From Epithemia pelagica (taxonomy: Eukaryota; Protista; Bacillariophyta), in NCBI GenBank assembly GCA_946965045.2, contig OX337233.1, positions 1,612,001 through 1,676,000 of the forward strand: a stretch of 64,000 bases of DNA. Reading direction: 5' to 3'. Position numbers and translations under genes: made by a program. Below are positions 1-10,521 of this stretch, piece after piece (position 1 is the first letter of the stretch; every line of letters starts with the position of its first letter). Under the pieces are notes generated by a model, which did no database searches, was not told where the DNA came from, and saw nothing but the letters and a program-made list of their open reading frames with translations.

Positions 1-171
1 TCACCTACGCTAGCAGAACCGTCCTCCACAAAGCCATCTATTTCCTCATCGATTGATGAAGGCTCTTCAAGTGGTGAGAAGCTCAGCAAACGATCGTCAA
101 AGAGTCGGAAAGCACAACAGGTTGGATTCTCTCCCATCCGCACCACAATCCCTGAAGAAGAAGATCCAGAA

Positions 172-2721
172 ATGCCCTCCGACGAGGAAGATTTTTGTGA
201 TGACCTGGTTCGAAACACTCCCAGGGATGAGCCTGGTCGTCTCGTTCCCGTGAAATTGAAGACACATCCCACAACTAGCGTCGCCAGTGTTGTAGTTGCA
301 GGCAACGGGGAAGGACCACCTATGATGAATCTCGACGACAAAAATTCAGTTCAAATGCACACGCTCTCGGAGTTTCAGCGATTGAAGTTACAAGTTAAGC
401 TTCAGAAACATCAGGAAATGAAAGAGCGTCGAGTGCACAAAGTGGAGGATCGCTTGCAGGACGCCGAGTCATACAAGAAGCTGTGGTTAGAGTATCAGAA
501 AACGGAGCAAGACTTGGCAAAGAGAGACCAAGAAACACATATGAAACCAAGGGGACCTGGTCGAAGAAGCAACAGCTTCGATCTTTCAAACAGTGGTAGT
601 TGGTTCTTCGATTTTAGCTCGCCTGAAGCTGCATTCGATGCGTTGACAGACAACCCAGACGACAACGGTAGCCAGGCAAGTCTGTCTCTTCTTTCAGAAC
701 AATCCCTCGATGCTCAGAAAAGATACTATGCAGACAAACGGAGGCGGAGAAAGGAAAAGAAAAAACAGGGCAAGCATGAGAAACGACAGAAACGACGAGA
801 GGTTGAAGACCCAAGTAAGAACCCAATCAAGGTTCCTATGCAGCCGCCGGGACATCGTCTCGAGGGAGCTACGACACCGGACGGGTTGGCCCGTCTCAAC
901 ATGGCCAAAAGTACAGCTTCAGGAGCCACGAGGGACTATGGTCCTGTTCGCGACAACATCACAACCCCTCTAGACGTAGAGGTGTCCTTCCAAAATAGAG
1001 TTGTTGGGCCCACAGATGATGCTGGAAGTTATATTTCGGACCTAGGCGATGAATCGTGGGGTGGAGGTGTCATGGGTGGAAGCCACGCTGGAAATTCGTA
1101 TTCGAACCAACAGCACTACCCACACTCAAGCATGTCGGGAAACAATGATTACGGTGTAAAGAGACGTATACGACGTTACTCAGGATACTCACAGGGAGAT
1201 CACAAAGCAATGCAAGCAAAACTACAATCTCTGGAAAGGTCCTTAGCGCTCATGAAACAAGAAAAGGGCGATGAAAAGAGAGCCCTTTCTTGTCCAAAGC
1301 CTGAGGAACCCGAAGTACCTACAACCGCTTCTCCCATTGACGCCGCTGCAGACTCGACAGGCAACCAAGTTAAAGATGGATTGAGATCGTCACTGGATTC
1401 AGCAATATCAGCGATAGATCTCGAGAAGGTAGGGAACAGGAGGAACAGTGTCACAAATGATATCAAAACAGAAAGGGAACTTGCCAAACAAATTCACGAG
1501 GCGATACTTGCGGCCAATACTCCGACAAGGAAAACGAGGAAATCAAGCTCGCGGAAACCAAGCAACTCGAAGGCTAAACGGTCATCTTCATGTGGTGATC
1601 TCGACAAAGCAAACAAGAGTTTGTCAGCAGACGTTTTGCATCCCTCTTTGCCTAGTGATCACATTGGAGTATCTCCAAGTCTGCATCCGACAGTCAAAAT
1701 AGACTGCAAGGCAACAATAGCAAGGAGCCAAAAAGACATTGAATCGAACTCTACTTTGAATGAATCTCCTCTGCCCGTACAGGACTCAGATTCCTCACGA
1801 AGAGAAGATCTCGATCCAGGTTTCGTCAGGGCAAGTAAGGATAGTGAACTGTCTGTCGCCACCTCAACTGAGTGTTCAATTGTTGAAACTCCTACAAAGC
1901 AACATCTTGTGCATTCACCTGCTCAGTTACCCGTGTCTCGTGCTGATGATTTCGAGCAGAATGCCTCCAGTCCTCCTGCAATTGAGTCTTGCCTTCCAGA
2001 GACATCAGCAGAACTTTTCCCTTCCGTGATAAGTCCAATTCCTAAACAAGACATGGCTATGAACCACGAAGTTGTACCCCTCACCCCACCTGCAGAGGAT
2101 GTTTCAAATGACAGCGACAGTTCCAGTGCCGCTACTGGACCACTAACGGCCACTGCACCCAGAAGAAGCAAACACAGCATTGATGCGAATCAGAAAGAAC
2201 ATGATTCCCCACATATTCGTGAATCAAGTAGCGACAATTGCTCTGTGTACACGGAAGAAAAGAAAGATGACCCAGACACAGCAGGGCCATCGTCGGACTT
2301 GGATGAAATATCAAGGACTAGTTCTGTTCATGACTCAGTGATCGCTTCCATGTCTAAAGACCAGTTCCTTCGTATGTCATATGGAAATCCAGTGGCCGAT
2401 CTTGTCGCCTTCCGTCAAGAAACAGGTTGTGAAGAAAACGACAAAATCTCATTGGACAAGGTTCCCGTTGATTTGCCACAAGCCCGCACTCCAACCAAAC
2501 CATCATATGATCCGTCTAAATTCTGGTCCGAACAACTGGATGAAATTCTCCTGAAGAACATTTTCCCTCAGGGAACAAATGTTATTAACGACACGCCTCC
2601 ACCAGCTGCAGTATCTGTGACCCCAGATACAACGCCTGCGTCCGGAAAAAGGTCTCCAGGTAACATGAGTGAATTTATTGAGAGCAACAATTCCGATTAT
2701 TTCGGCGTGACTTCTGACTGA
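172..2721 (+). CDS. Hypothetical 849-aa low-complexity protein (Ser/Asp/Glu-rich, Lys/Arg-rich patch); probable host gene
   Basis: Uninterrupted long ORF with a coiled-coil-like N-terminal part and a basic stretch (KRRRRKEKKKQGK). No recognisable domain. Confidence 0.6.
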   Translation: MPSDEEDFCDDLVRNTPRDEPGRLVPVKLKTHPTTSVASVVVAGNGEGPPMMNLDDKNSVQMHTLSEFQRLKLQVKLQKHQEMKERRVHKVEDRLQDAESYKKLWLEYQKTEQDLAKRDQETHMKPRGPGRRSNSFDLSNSGSWFFDFSSPEAAFDALTDNPDDNGSQASLSLLSEQSLDAQKRYYADKRRRRKEKKKQGKHEKRQKRREVEDPSKNPIKVPMQPPGHRLEGATTPDGLARLNMAKSTASGATRDYGPVRDNITTPLDVEVSFQNRVVGPTDDAGSYISDLGDESWGGGVMGGSHAGNSYSNQQHYPHSSMSGNNDYGVKRRIRRYSGYSQGDHKAMQAKLQSLERSLALMKQEKGDEKRALSCPKPEEPEVPTTASPIDAAADSTGNQVKDGLRSSLDSAISAIDLEKVGNRRNSVTNDIKTERELAKQIHEAILAANTPTRKTRKSSSRKPSNSKAKRSSSCGDLDKANKSLSADVLHPSLPSDHIGVSPSLHPTVKIDCKATIARSQKDIESNSTLNESPLPVQDSDSSRREDLDPGFVRASKDSELSVATSTECSIVETPTKQHLVHSPAQLPVSRADDFEQNASSPPAIESCLPETSAELFPSVISPIPKQDMAMNHEVVPLTPPAEDVSNDSDSSSAATGPLTATAPRRSKHSIDANQKEHDSPHIRESSSDNCSVYTEEKKDDPDTAGPSSDLDEISRTSSVHDSVIASMSKDQFLRMSYGNPVADLVAFRQETGCEENDKISLDKVPVDLPQARTPTKPSYDPSKFWSEQLDEILLKNIFPQGTNVINDTPPPAAVSVTPDTTPASGKRSPGNMSEFIESNNSDYFGVTSD

Positions 2722-2896
2722 TCAATCTTCGTAATCAAGAAACCAGCAGACTAGCATTCACTGCAGGAAGTTGAATGTTAAGAAAATACTGCGTAGATTT
2801 GAACACATTTTTTTGTGGTTTACCGATAGTAACTTTTTCATCATGACGTAGATCTACTGCCAAACTAATTTCTCATAAAAAGCAAAACTGCGAGGA

Positions 2897-2970
2897 TACC
2901 GGAGGTGAGGCTCGAACTCACGACCTTGGGTTTATTAGACCCACGCTCTAACCGGCTGAGCTACACCGGC
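2897..2970 (-). tRNA. tRNA-Ile (anticodon AAT)
   Basis: Reverse complement folds into a cloverleaf: acceptor GCCGGTG/CTCCGGT, D-arm GCTC..GAGC, anticodon stem TGGGT/ACCCA with loop CT-AAT-AA, T-arm GTGAG-TTCGAGC-CTCAC, discriminator A. Confidence 0.95.
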
Positions 2971-3442
2971 CTCACAAATGCCTATTTTTCATAGATAAAT
3001 AAATGAATACGCATGCGTATGATTGATGATTGTGCTCTGATGATACTTCCAATAATAGTGTACAAATGCAACCATGGTAGTATATTCTCTTGGGCCTTGT
3101 ACTGGGGTCACTTGATTTTCACAGGGTTGATACGTATGCAGCCCACACAGTCCCACGGAATCCCAAAGGTATGGAGCGCAACCCAACTGTGAGGAGGGAT
3201 AGAAAATGCAACTTCCAAATTGTTGTGCAGTGACCTGGTTTATGTACTACATGTCTGGAAATGCAACCGGACCAACCCGTTCTCTCAAATCGACCACATG
3301 ACAGTACTCTCGGTGTATGATCACTGAGCAGTCAGCAGCGAGAGCTAGGAGGGATCACGCATATGATCAATACTGTGGACTGAAAAAGAAGGTGATGAGA
3401 CCGAATGATAAAATAGAAAAGCAGCATCTATTAACCTTTACC

Positions 3443-3511
3443 ATGACAAGCAAAGACTACAAACCTAGTACCATTACAAGCGTGTTGTCCTATCTGGACA
3501 ATGTGCAGTAT
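3443..3511 (+). pseudogene. 5' part of a CryptonS-like tyrosine recombinase ORF, split by the copia insertion
   Basis: MTSKDYKPSTITSVLSYLDNVQY joins in frame to PSDFEPPRARLLELKPKDIVRWM (from 10522) once the copia and one AGTAT TSD are removed. Confidence 0.75.
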
Positions 3512-3732
3512 TGTGAGGTTGTATATGCACCTATGCTGACATCACCTACTCTCCATCTTACTCTCGATTCACAAGATTCCTCCTCGTTCCATACGATTCA
3601 TTCTTCCAATTTATGTTCCGCATCATCTTACGTGAAATGTTCCGTATCAAGTTCCGTATCAAACTTTATTACGTACGATTAGTTTTAACAAAGTATTCTA
3701 AAGCTCACAATTTCGAAAACATACAGATCTCA
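3512..3732 (+). repeat. 5' LTR of copia 1 (221 bp)
   Basis: TGTGAGG...GATCTCA; identical by eye to 10296-10516. Confidence 0.95.
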
Positions 3733-3745
3733 GGTTATGAGCCCA
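3733..3745 (+). promoter_or_regulatory. Primer-binding site for the initiator tRNA-Met half-molecule
   Basis: GGTTATGAGCCCA directly after the LTR is complementary to the anticodon arm of tRNAi-Met (TGGGCTCATAACC), as in Drosophila copia. Confidence 0.8.
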
Positions 3746-3865
3746 AGTGTATTGCTCTGTTTGAACGGCCGTTTGACTGAGTAACTACGCGTTAACCTCG
3801 TTTTAATTTGTCTTTGAAATTGCTAAGTTCTCACCATTGTTACCACTCGGTTTCAAGCTCAAGCA

Positions 3866-5200
3866 ATGGACGCTGAAGCTGCTAACGCTTTGGCTCAAGC
3901 CATTCAGGCTCTCGCGGCTGCGATTCCTGGTCCTCCTCCCGCAGCGGCCGCTGCTCCCGACATGGTTTCCCTGTACGAGGGAGGCACTCTTGACCTAACG
4001 TCTCGCACAGGCACTGGCTTGTTCCGCGCTGGATGTGACCCGCTGGATAGCAAGTTCACCGGGAAAGTTGAAGATCTACACCTATTCCTAGCCGACTTGC
4101 GCACTCGCGTTGAAACCTGCCATTGGAATTCGGCGACTCACGGAATTTTGGATGTTGCAGTTGGAGGTACGACCTTCAAGTTACTCGACGATTATGGAAA
4201 AGTGACCGAAGCGCAAGTTGAAGCTGCTCGTATCACGCGTTCTGCTGCGTCACACCGTACAAAACAAAACGCTCAAATGATGTATGAATGCCTCATGGCA
4301 TCCATCACCGACGAAGCCAAGTCCGCCCTCGCATCACGTGGTGACGTCGATTTCAATAATGATGGACCCAAGCTCTTCTACCATCTGGTGTCCGAGCTTT
4401 TCACTGCGACATTCTCCAACGCACAAGCTACGAGAGATAAATTGTCCGAGTTTCACCCACGACGCTTTAAGTACGACGTAACCCAGGTGAACAATTTCAT
4501 CCGTTCAGCTATCAAGACCTTGAAAGCTGCTTCTGCGACTGGTGGATCCATTACCGATCAAGAAATCTTGTATTTTCAATTCAAGGCTTATAAGAAAATC
4601 AAGGCTCCTGCGGAATGGACGTCTCACATTTTGTTTTTGGAGGCTAAAGCATCCAGCACTCCAACCTATGCTCCAGATACGCTCTACAACGAAGCGCAAG
4701 CCAAGTACAACAACTTGGTGAACTCTGGACTCTGGAAACCGTCCAATAAGACACCAGAGGAGCAAACCTTGGCCATGGTTGCTCAACAATCCAACAAGTC
4801 GTCTTCTGGTACCAAGTCGAACAAGCGCAAAGCGGAATCCAAGGCCTCAGACGCCGACAAAGATAAGAAACAGCCTCCTTTTGCTCATAAGGATGGCAAA
4901 CTCGGTGATTCGAAAGAGTGGAATGGGAAAACCTATTACTGGTGCCCAGCGAACCACAAATACTCTCATTGGCACATGCACAAGGTAGAGGATTGCAACA
5001 CCTACAAGAAGATGAAGGCTGGAGGCAGTGGCAAAAAGGAAGCACCTAAAAAGCAAATTGGTTCAGGTGTGGCCGCCGAAGTTGCTGTCGATGTGGACAA
5101 ACTCAAAAAGGGAATGGCCGCAATCCTTCCTGGTGGCGAGTTCGATACTGATGATTTGGCCGATGCTCTTGCAGCCATCATCAAGAATGGCAGTGAATGA
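3866..5200 (+). CDS. gag: Gag of copia 1 (444 aa)
   Basis: Position after the PBS and a C-terminal zinc-knuckle variant WCPANH..HWHMHKVEDC. Confidence 0.85.
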   Translation: MDAEAANALAQAIQALAAAIPGPPPAAAAAPDMVSLYEGGTLDLTSRTGTGLFRAGCDPLDSKFTGKVEDLHLFLADLRTRVETCHWNSATHGILDVAVGGTTFKLLDDYGKVTEAQVEAARITRSAASHRTKQNAQMMYECLMASITDEAKSALASRGDVDFNNDGPKLFYHLVSELFTATFSNAQATRDKLSEFHPRRFKYDVTQVNNFIRSAIKTLKAASATGGSITDQEILYFQFKAYKKIKAPAEWTSHILFLEAKASSTPTYAPDTLYNEAQAKYNNLVNSGLWKPSNKTPEEQTLAMVAQQSNKSSSGTKSNKRKAESKASDADKDKKQPPFAHKDGKLGDSKEWNGKTYYWCPANHKYSHWHMHKVEDCNTYKKMKAGGSGKKEAPKKQIGSGVAAEVAVDVDKLKKGMAAILPGGEFDTDDLADALAAIIKNGSE

Positions 5201-5455
5201 CTGCTACCCTCATGGGATGCATTCATGGCATTTTGGCCGTTTGTTGTTTTTCTTACGATCAAAATGAGTATTGTCGCGTTCCATGAGGTTCTTTCATGGG
5301 TCAAGCCGATTGTGAAGCTTTTCTCCACTCGAACCAAACCATTCAAAGTCGCCAACAAGCCTTTCCGGCGTTGTCCGCCCCGAACTCGAATCCACAGATA
5401 AAGTGTCGGTTGTTGCATCCCCGTTGATATCTCCATCAAATTACCACGAATTTTA

Positions 5456-8400
5456 TTGTGCCTCACCGCTCTCCAAGTGGACCAAAAGATTCGGTGGATT
5501 GCTGTAAATCAGTTGCCGCAACCTGGCAAAACCAAGTCCTTCCATTTTGCTGACGTAGATTGTTGTGTCGAAACGTCACGAATCCGAGGGAGAACCAAAA
5601 AGAAGTCGTTCTTCCGCCAAGCTCAACAACTGGTATCCCTTTTTACCTTAAACAAAAATCCGTTAGTTGACTTGGCCATGAATGGAACGAATGTACAAGG
5701 CCAAGACGACCGACCTCGTACCTCCATATTTGATTCCGATGCCGACAAGTTCCTGATCGACTCAGGAGCGTCACACCATTTGTGGAAACAACGCAAAGCG
5801 TTCTCATCCTATCGTTTGCTGACAAGAGAAGAAAGAAAACAAGAAGCATTGCTTGGAGTGAATGGCGAAACTGTCATGCCTCTTGGAATTGGCACAGTCC
5901 CACTCAAGTTAGAAGACGACCTCAACAACATCCATGTTATCGAATTAAGAGATGTACGGCACTTACCTTCAGCCCCACTTAATATCTCGTACCTCCATAT
6001 TTGATTCCGATGCCGACAAGTTCCTGATCGACTCAGGAGCGTCACACCATTTGTGGAAACAACGCAAAGCGTTCTCATCCTATCGTTTGCTGACAAGAGA
6101 AGAAAGAAAACAAGAAGCATTGCTTGGAGTGAATGGCGAAACTGTCATGCCTCTTGGAATTGGCACAGTCCCACTCAAGTTAGAAGACGACCTCAACAAC
6201 ATCCATGTTATCGAATTAAGAGATGTACCGCACTTACCTTCAGCCCCACTTAATATCTCGTACCTCCATATTTGATTCCGATGCCGACAAGTTCCTGATC
6301 GACTCAGGAGCGTCACACCATTTGTGGAAACAACGCAAAGCGTTCTCATCCTATCGTTTGCTGACAAGAGAAGAAAGAAAACAAGAAGCATTGCTTGGAG
6401 TGAATGGCGAAACTGTCATGCCTCTTGGAATTGGCACAGTCCCACTCAAGTTAGAAGACGACTTCAACAACATCCATGTTATCGAATTAAGAGATGTACC
6501 GCACTTACCTTCAGCCCCACTTAATATCTCGTACCTCCATATTTGATTCCGATGCCGACAAGTTCCTGATCGACTCAGGAGCGTCACACCATTTGTGGAA
6601 ACAACGCAAAGCGTTCTCATCCTATCGTTTGCTGACAAGAGAAGAAAGAAAACAAGAAGCATTGCTTGGAGTGAATGGCGAAACTGTCATGCCTCTTGGA
6701 ATTGGCACAGTCCCACTCAAGTTAGAAGACGACCTCAACGACATCCATGTTATCGAATTAAGAGATGTACGGCACTTACCTTCAGCCCCACTTAATATCA
6801 TGGTCCCACAAGTCTTTGTGCGCCAGCGTCGCGAGGAAGGAGACACTCGTGCTCGATGTTCCATCGATGATTCAAGCATTGAGTTAGAATGGTTGAGTAC
6901 AAAAGATCAAGTGGTGAATAAATACGTACCACTCAACAAGAACAACGTCGGTATGTGCTTTACAGCCCCTGGTTTCCGTCGTTTCCGTGCATTCATGGCT
7001 CTGGCAATGCCTGCCAATCCGGTCTCCGACTCAGAAGATGAAGATGATCCTGAGCGTCCGCCTCCTGATCCTCCGCCCGATGATGAAGACCAAGAGCCCC
7101 AGCCGATTCATCCAATCCGGTCGTCACCATCCGAGGGAGTGACCACCGATTTCACCACGGATCCCAATGTCTTGCCACCTATTGTGGAAGATGAACCATT
7201 GTTGCGTTCGGACCAAGACCTCTTGATGCAATATCACGAGCGATTGGGTCACTGCTCCTTTCAACAACTGAAACAACTAGCAGAAAAGGGCGTGATCCCG
7301 AAACGGTTAGCAAAGGTTGCGCCTCCCAAATGTCCCAGCTGCCTCTATGGGAAAGCGCACAAGAAACCTTGGCGTACCCACAAGGTGGATCCGAAGATTT
7401 GCACTTCAACAGTCCCTGGCGCAGTCGTGAGCATGGATCAGTTGGAATCCCCAGTTCCTGGTCTCGTACCAACAGGAAAGGGCCAACCGACCAAGAAAAG
7501 ATTCAAAGGTGCCACAGTGTTTGTTGACCACGCGTCCAATTTGACTTACGTGCATTTAATGCACGCCATTACCACCGAAGAAACCTTGGAGGCAAAGCAC
7601 GAGTTCGAAAGATTCGCGCAACGGCATGGTGTTACCGTCCAGCATTATCATTGTGACAATGGACGATTTGCGGACAAGGAGTTTGTAAACGATGTCAAAA
7701 ACGCACTCCAAACAATTTCTTTCTGTGGCGTGGGAGCCCACCATCAGAATGGGATCGCGGAAAGGCGAATTCGAGACCTTACCGAAAGCGCAAGAACAAT
7801 GATCCTTCATGCTGCTCACAGATGGCCGAAAACCATCACAGCAAATTTGTGGCCACAAGCGGTGAAGCATGCAACGAACATTCGCAATGCACTCCTACGA
7901 AACAACAAAGCAAAATCTCCCATCTCCATCTTTTCCAACTCCAATGTGGAACCAAACACCAAACACTTTCATCCTTTTGGTTGCCCCGTTTATGTGCTCC
8001 AAGCTCCACTCCAGACAGGAAGCCCCCATCCCAAATGGGCAGAACGATCTCGAGTTGGTGTATTGTTGTGCCACTCGCCCCATCATGCTGCTTCTGTTCC
8101 TCTCATCCTGTCTACGCAAACTGGTCTTGTAAGCCCACAATTCCATTGCGTGTATGACGACAAATTCGAGACAGTGAAGAACGAACAACATGACACAAGT
8201 ATTTGGAAGCAAAAGGCGTTAGTGCACAAAGGAGATGAAAATAGATCTGACCATCTGATCTCGCGTCCCTTGACACGACGATCATGTACACAACAACAAC
8301 AACGACAACAAGAATCCAACTTACCCAACTTTGGGAACAACATCCCACAGGCCTTGCTCGAATTACCCGATCTCTTGACGGGTGCAATTCCGCAAGTACC

Positions 8401-8512
8401 TGCTGACGATCCAGCTCCTCTTCCTGATGCCAAACCCGAGCCGCAGATAGCTCCTGTTCCACCAGAAGAGATTCCACAACCATACCCAGTGGACATTGCC
8501 CCCACAGGGTAA
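5456..8512 (+). pseudogene. pol: Pol protease and integrase of copia 1, disrupted by a 271-bp tandem array and a premature stop
   Basis: Protease IDSGAS, pre-integrase HERLGH..CPSC, DDE residues (SMDQ / HCDNG / AERR). In-frame TAA at 8510-8512 lies just before TRTGRQVRPP. Confidence 0.9.
5715..6799 (+). repeat. Four tandem copies of a 271-bp unit covering the protease
   Basis: The unit CTCGTACCTCC...CACTTAATAT starts at 5715, 5986, 6257 and 6528, with only a few substitutions between copies. Confidence 0.95.
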
Positions 8513-8530
8513 ACCAGGACCGGTCGACAA

Positions 8531-10300
8531 GTGCGTCCCCCTTCTCGATTGTCGTTGATTGCTTATCATTGTTGTTTTGTGGCTCAGGATGTGGCCAAGA
8601 CTTTGGCCGACTATCATCCTTTGGCACTGCTGCAGATGATGAGCACCACCGCCATCAAACCCGATGTTATGCCCTTGCATATCGCTCTCCAACAAGAAGA
8701 TAGCGACAAGTTCATTCAGGCCATGGTGAAGGAACTCAAACAGCATGCCGAATTGAAGCATTGGAAGATTGTGCACAAAGCTCAAGTTCCACCCAACGCA
8801 AAACCAATCCCCATGGTTTGGTCGTTTATGCGCAAAAAGGACCCAGCTGGAGCAATCATTAAATGGAAAGCTCGCCTCTGTGCTGGAGGCCACAGACAGG
8901 TTTTTGGTGATACCTACTGGTCCACTTTTTCCCCTGTTGTTGCATGGCCAACCGTCCGGTGCATCTTCATCCTGGCGTTGATTTTGGGATGGGACATGCG
9001 ATCGATCGACTTCATTATGGCGTACACTCAAGCAAAGGTGAAGACCGATATCTTCATGCAATTGCCAAAAGGTACCACATTGCCCTGCCTTGACCCGAAT
9101 AAACACTTGCTGAAGCTCCAACAAAACTTGTATGGCTTGAAAGACGGCCAAGTGACTTGGCATGAGCACATAAAAGATGGACTCCTCAAGCAAGGCTTCA
9201 AACAATCCAACGTTGATCCCTGTTTATTCTCAAAGGGCGTCGTTCTTCTCGTCCTGTATATTGACGACGCAGCCTTCTTCTCTCCTGATCCGAAAGCCAT
9301 TGACCGAGAAGTAGCGCTGCTCCAAAAGTCCTTTGACCTGACAGACGATGGTCCACTGTTGGACTATCTTGGAGCCCGATTCATTCGACATGAAGATGGG
9401 CGCGTTGAGTTGCAACAACAGAAGTCGATCGACAACTGCTTGAATCATCTTGGTCTGGGCCTCTCTCAAGAAAATGTCAAGATGCATGACACTCCAGCCG
9501 AAGCCAATAAGATCCTACACGCGGACTCTGATGGCCCCACTCGGAAGCAAGATTGGAACTACCGTGCCGTGATTGGTTCCCTCAATTATCTTCAAGCTAT
9601 GTCTCGCCCGGATCTATCCTATGCTGTGCATCAATGTGCTAGGTTCTGTAACGATCCTAAGCTATCTCATGAGGTGGCAGTCAAACGAATTTGCCGCTAT
9701 CTACGTGCGACCCGAGATAAAGGTCTGTTCTTCCGACCGAATGTTCGTGAAGGATTCAAGTGCTACGTGGATGCTGATTGGGCTGGTAACTGGAATAAGA
9801 ATAGGCCCAATGATCCTGCTGGTGCGCTCTCGCGCACAGGCTACGTGATTATGTACGCTGGTTGTCTGCTGGTATGGGGATCCAAGATGCAGTCATTGGT
9901 AGCGCTCAGCACGACCGAAGCGGAAATTATTGCCCTCTCAACAGCCCTTCGCGAAGTCATTCATCTCCAGAATCTCTTAGAAGAATTACGTGACTCTGGT
10001 TTTCCAATTCCCTTCTCTAAGGCACAGGTTCAATGTCGCACTTTCGAAGACAACGCTGCTTGTATTGAGGTTGCTACGTCAGAGCCTAAGATCCGACCAC
10101 GAACCAAGCATCTTGCGGTTCGTCTCTTTCATTTCCGAAGTCATGTGGAGAATGGGCGTATTACCATCGAACATGTTCCCTCTCAGGAACAATTGGCTGA
10201 TATCTTTACCAAACCTTTGCCACGGGATTCGTTTCGCCGTTTACGGGATCGATTACTTAATTGGTCTTCCGATCCGGTCCCGCAGCACGAGGGAGTGTGA
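8531..10300 (+). CDS. pol: Reverse transcriptase and RNase H of copia 1 (same frame as the upstream pol)
   Basis: WKARLCAGG, LYGLKD, LYIDD, YVDADWAG, STTEAE, RTKH, QLADIFTKPL. Confidence 0.93.
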   Translation: MRPPSRLSLIAYHCCFVAQDVAKTLADYHPLALLQMMSTTAIKPDVMPLHIALQQEDSDKFIQAMVKELKQHAELKHWKIVHKAQVPPNAKPIPMVWSFMRKKDPAGAIIKWKARLCAGGHRQVFGDTYWSTFSPVVAWPTVRCIFILALILGWDMRSIDFIMAYTQAKVKTDIFMQLPKGTTLPCLDPNKHLLKLQQNLYGLKDGQVTWHEHIKDGLLKQGFKQSNVDPCLFSKGVVLLVLYIDDAAFFSPDPKAIDREVALLQKSFDLTDDGPLLDYLGARFIRHEDGRVELQQQKSIDNCLNHLGLGLSQENVKMHDTPAEANKILHADSDGPTRKQDWNYRAVIGSLNYLQAMSRPDLSYAVHQCARFCNDPKLSHEVAVKRICRYLRATRDKGLFFRPNVREGFKCYVDADWAGNWNKNRPNDPAGALSRTGYVIMYAGCLLVWGSKMQSLVALSTTEAEIIALSTALREVIHLQNLLEELRDSGFPIPFSKAQVQCRTFEDNAACIEVATSEPKIRPRTKHLAVRLFHFRSHVENGRITIEHVPSQEQLADIFTKPLPRDSFRRLRDRLLNWSSDPVPQHEGV

Positions 10301-10516
10301 GGTTGTATATGCACCTATGCTGACATCACCTACTCTCCATCTTACTCTCGATTCACAAGATTCCTCCTCGTTCCATACGATTCATTCTTCCAATTTATGT
10401 TCCGCATCATCTTACGTGAAATGTTCCGTATCAAGTTCCGTATCAAACTTTATTACGTACGATTAGTTTTAACAAAGTATTCTAAAGCTCACAATTTCGA
10501 AAACATACAGATCTCA
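10296..10516 (+). repeat. 3' LTR of copia 1 (221 bp)
   Basis: Matches the 5' LTR; preceded by the PPT and followed by the TSD AGTAT. Confidence 0.95.
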
Positions 10517-10521
10517 AGTAT

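Larger units (their letters stand above)
3512..10516 (+). mobile_element. Full-length Ty1/copia LTR retrotransposon (CoDi-like), 7005 bp
   Basis: Two 221-bp TG..CA LTRs, 5-bp TSD AGTAT (3507-3511 and 10517-10521), PBS, PPT (cacgagggag), and gag-PR-IN-RT-RH order. Confidence 0.97.

Noticed and set aside
5002-9205. Long antisense ORFs over copia 1 (for example 5002-5466 and 8363-9205)
   Set aside because: They are shadow frames of gag/pol with no domain signal.
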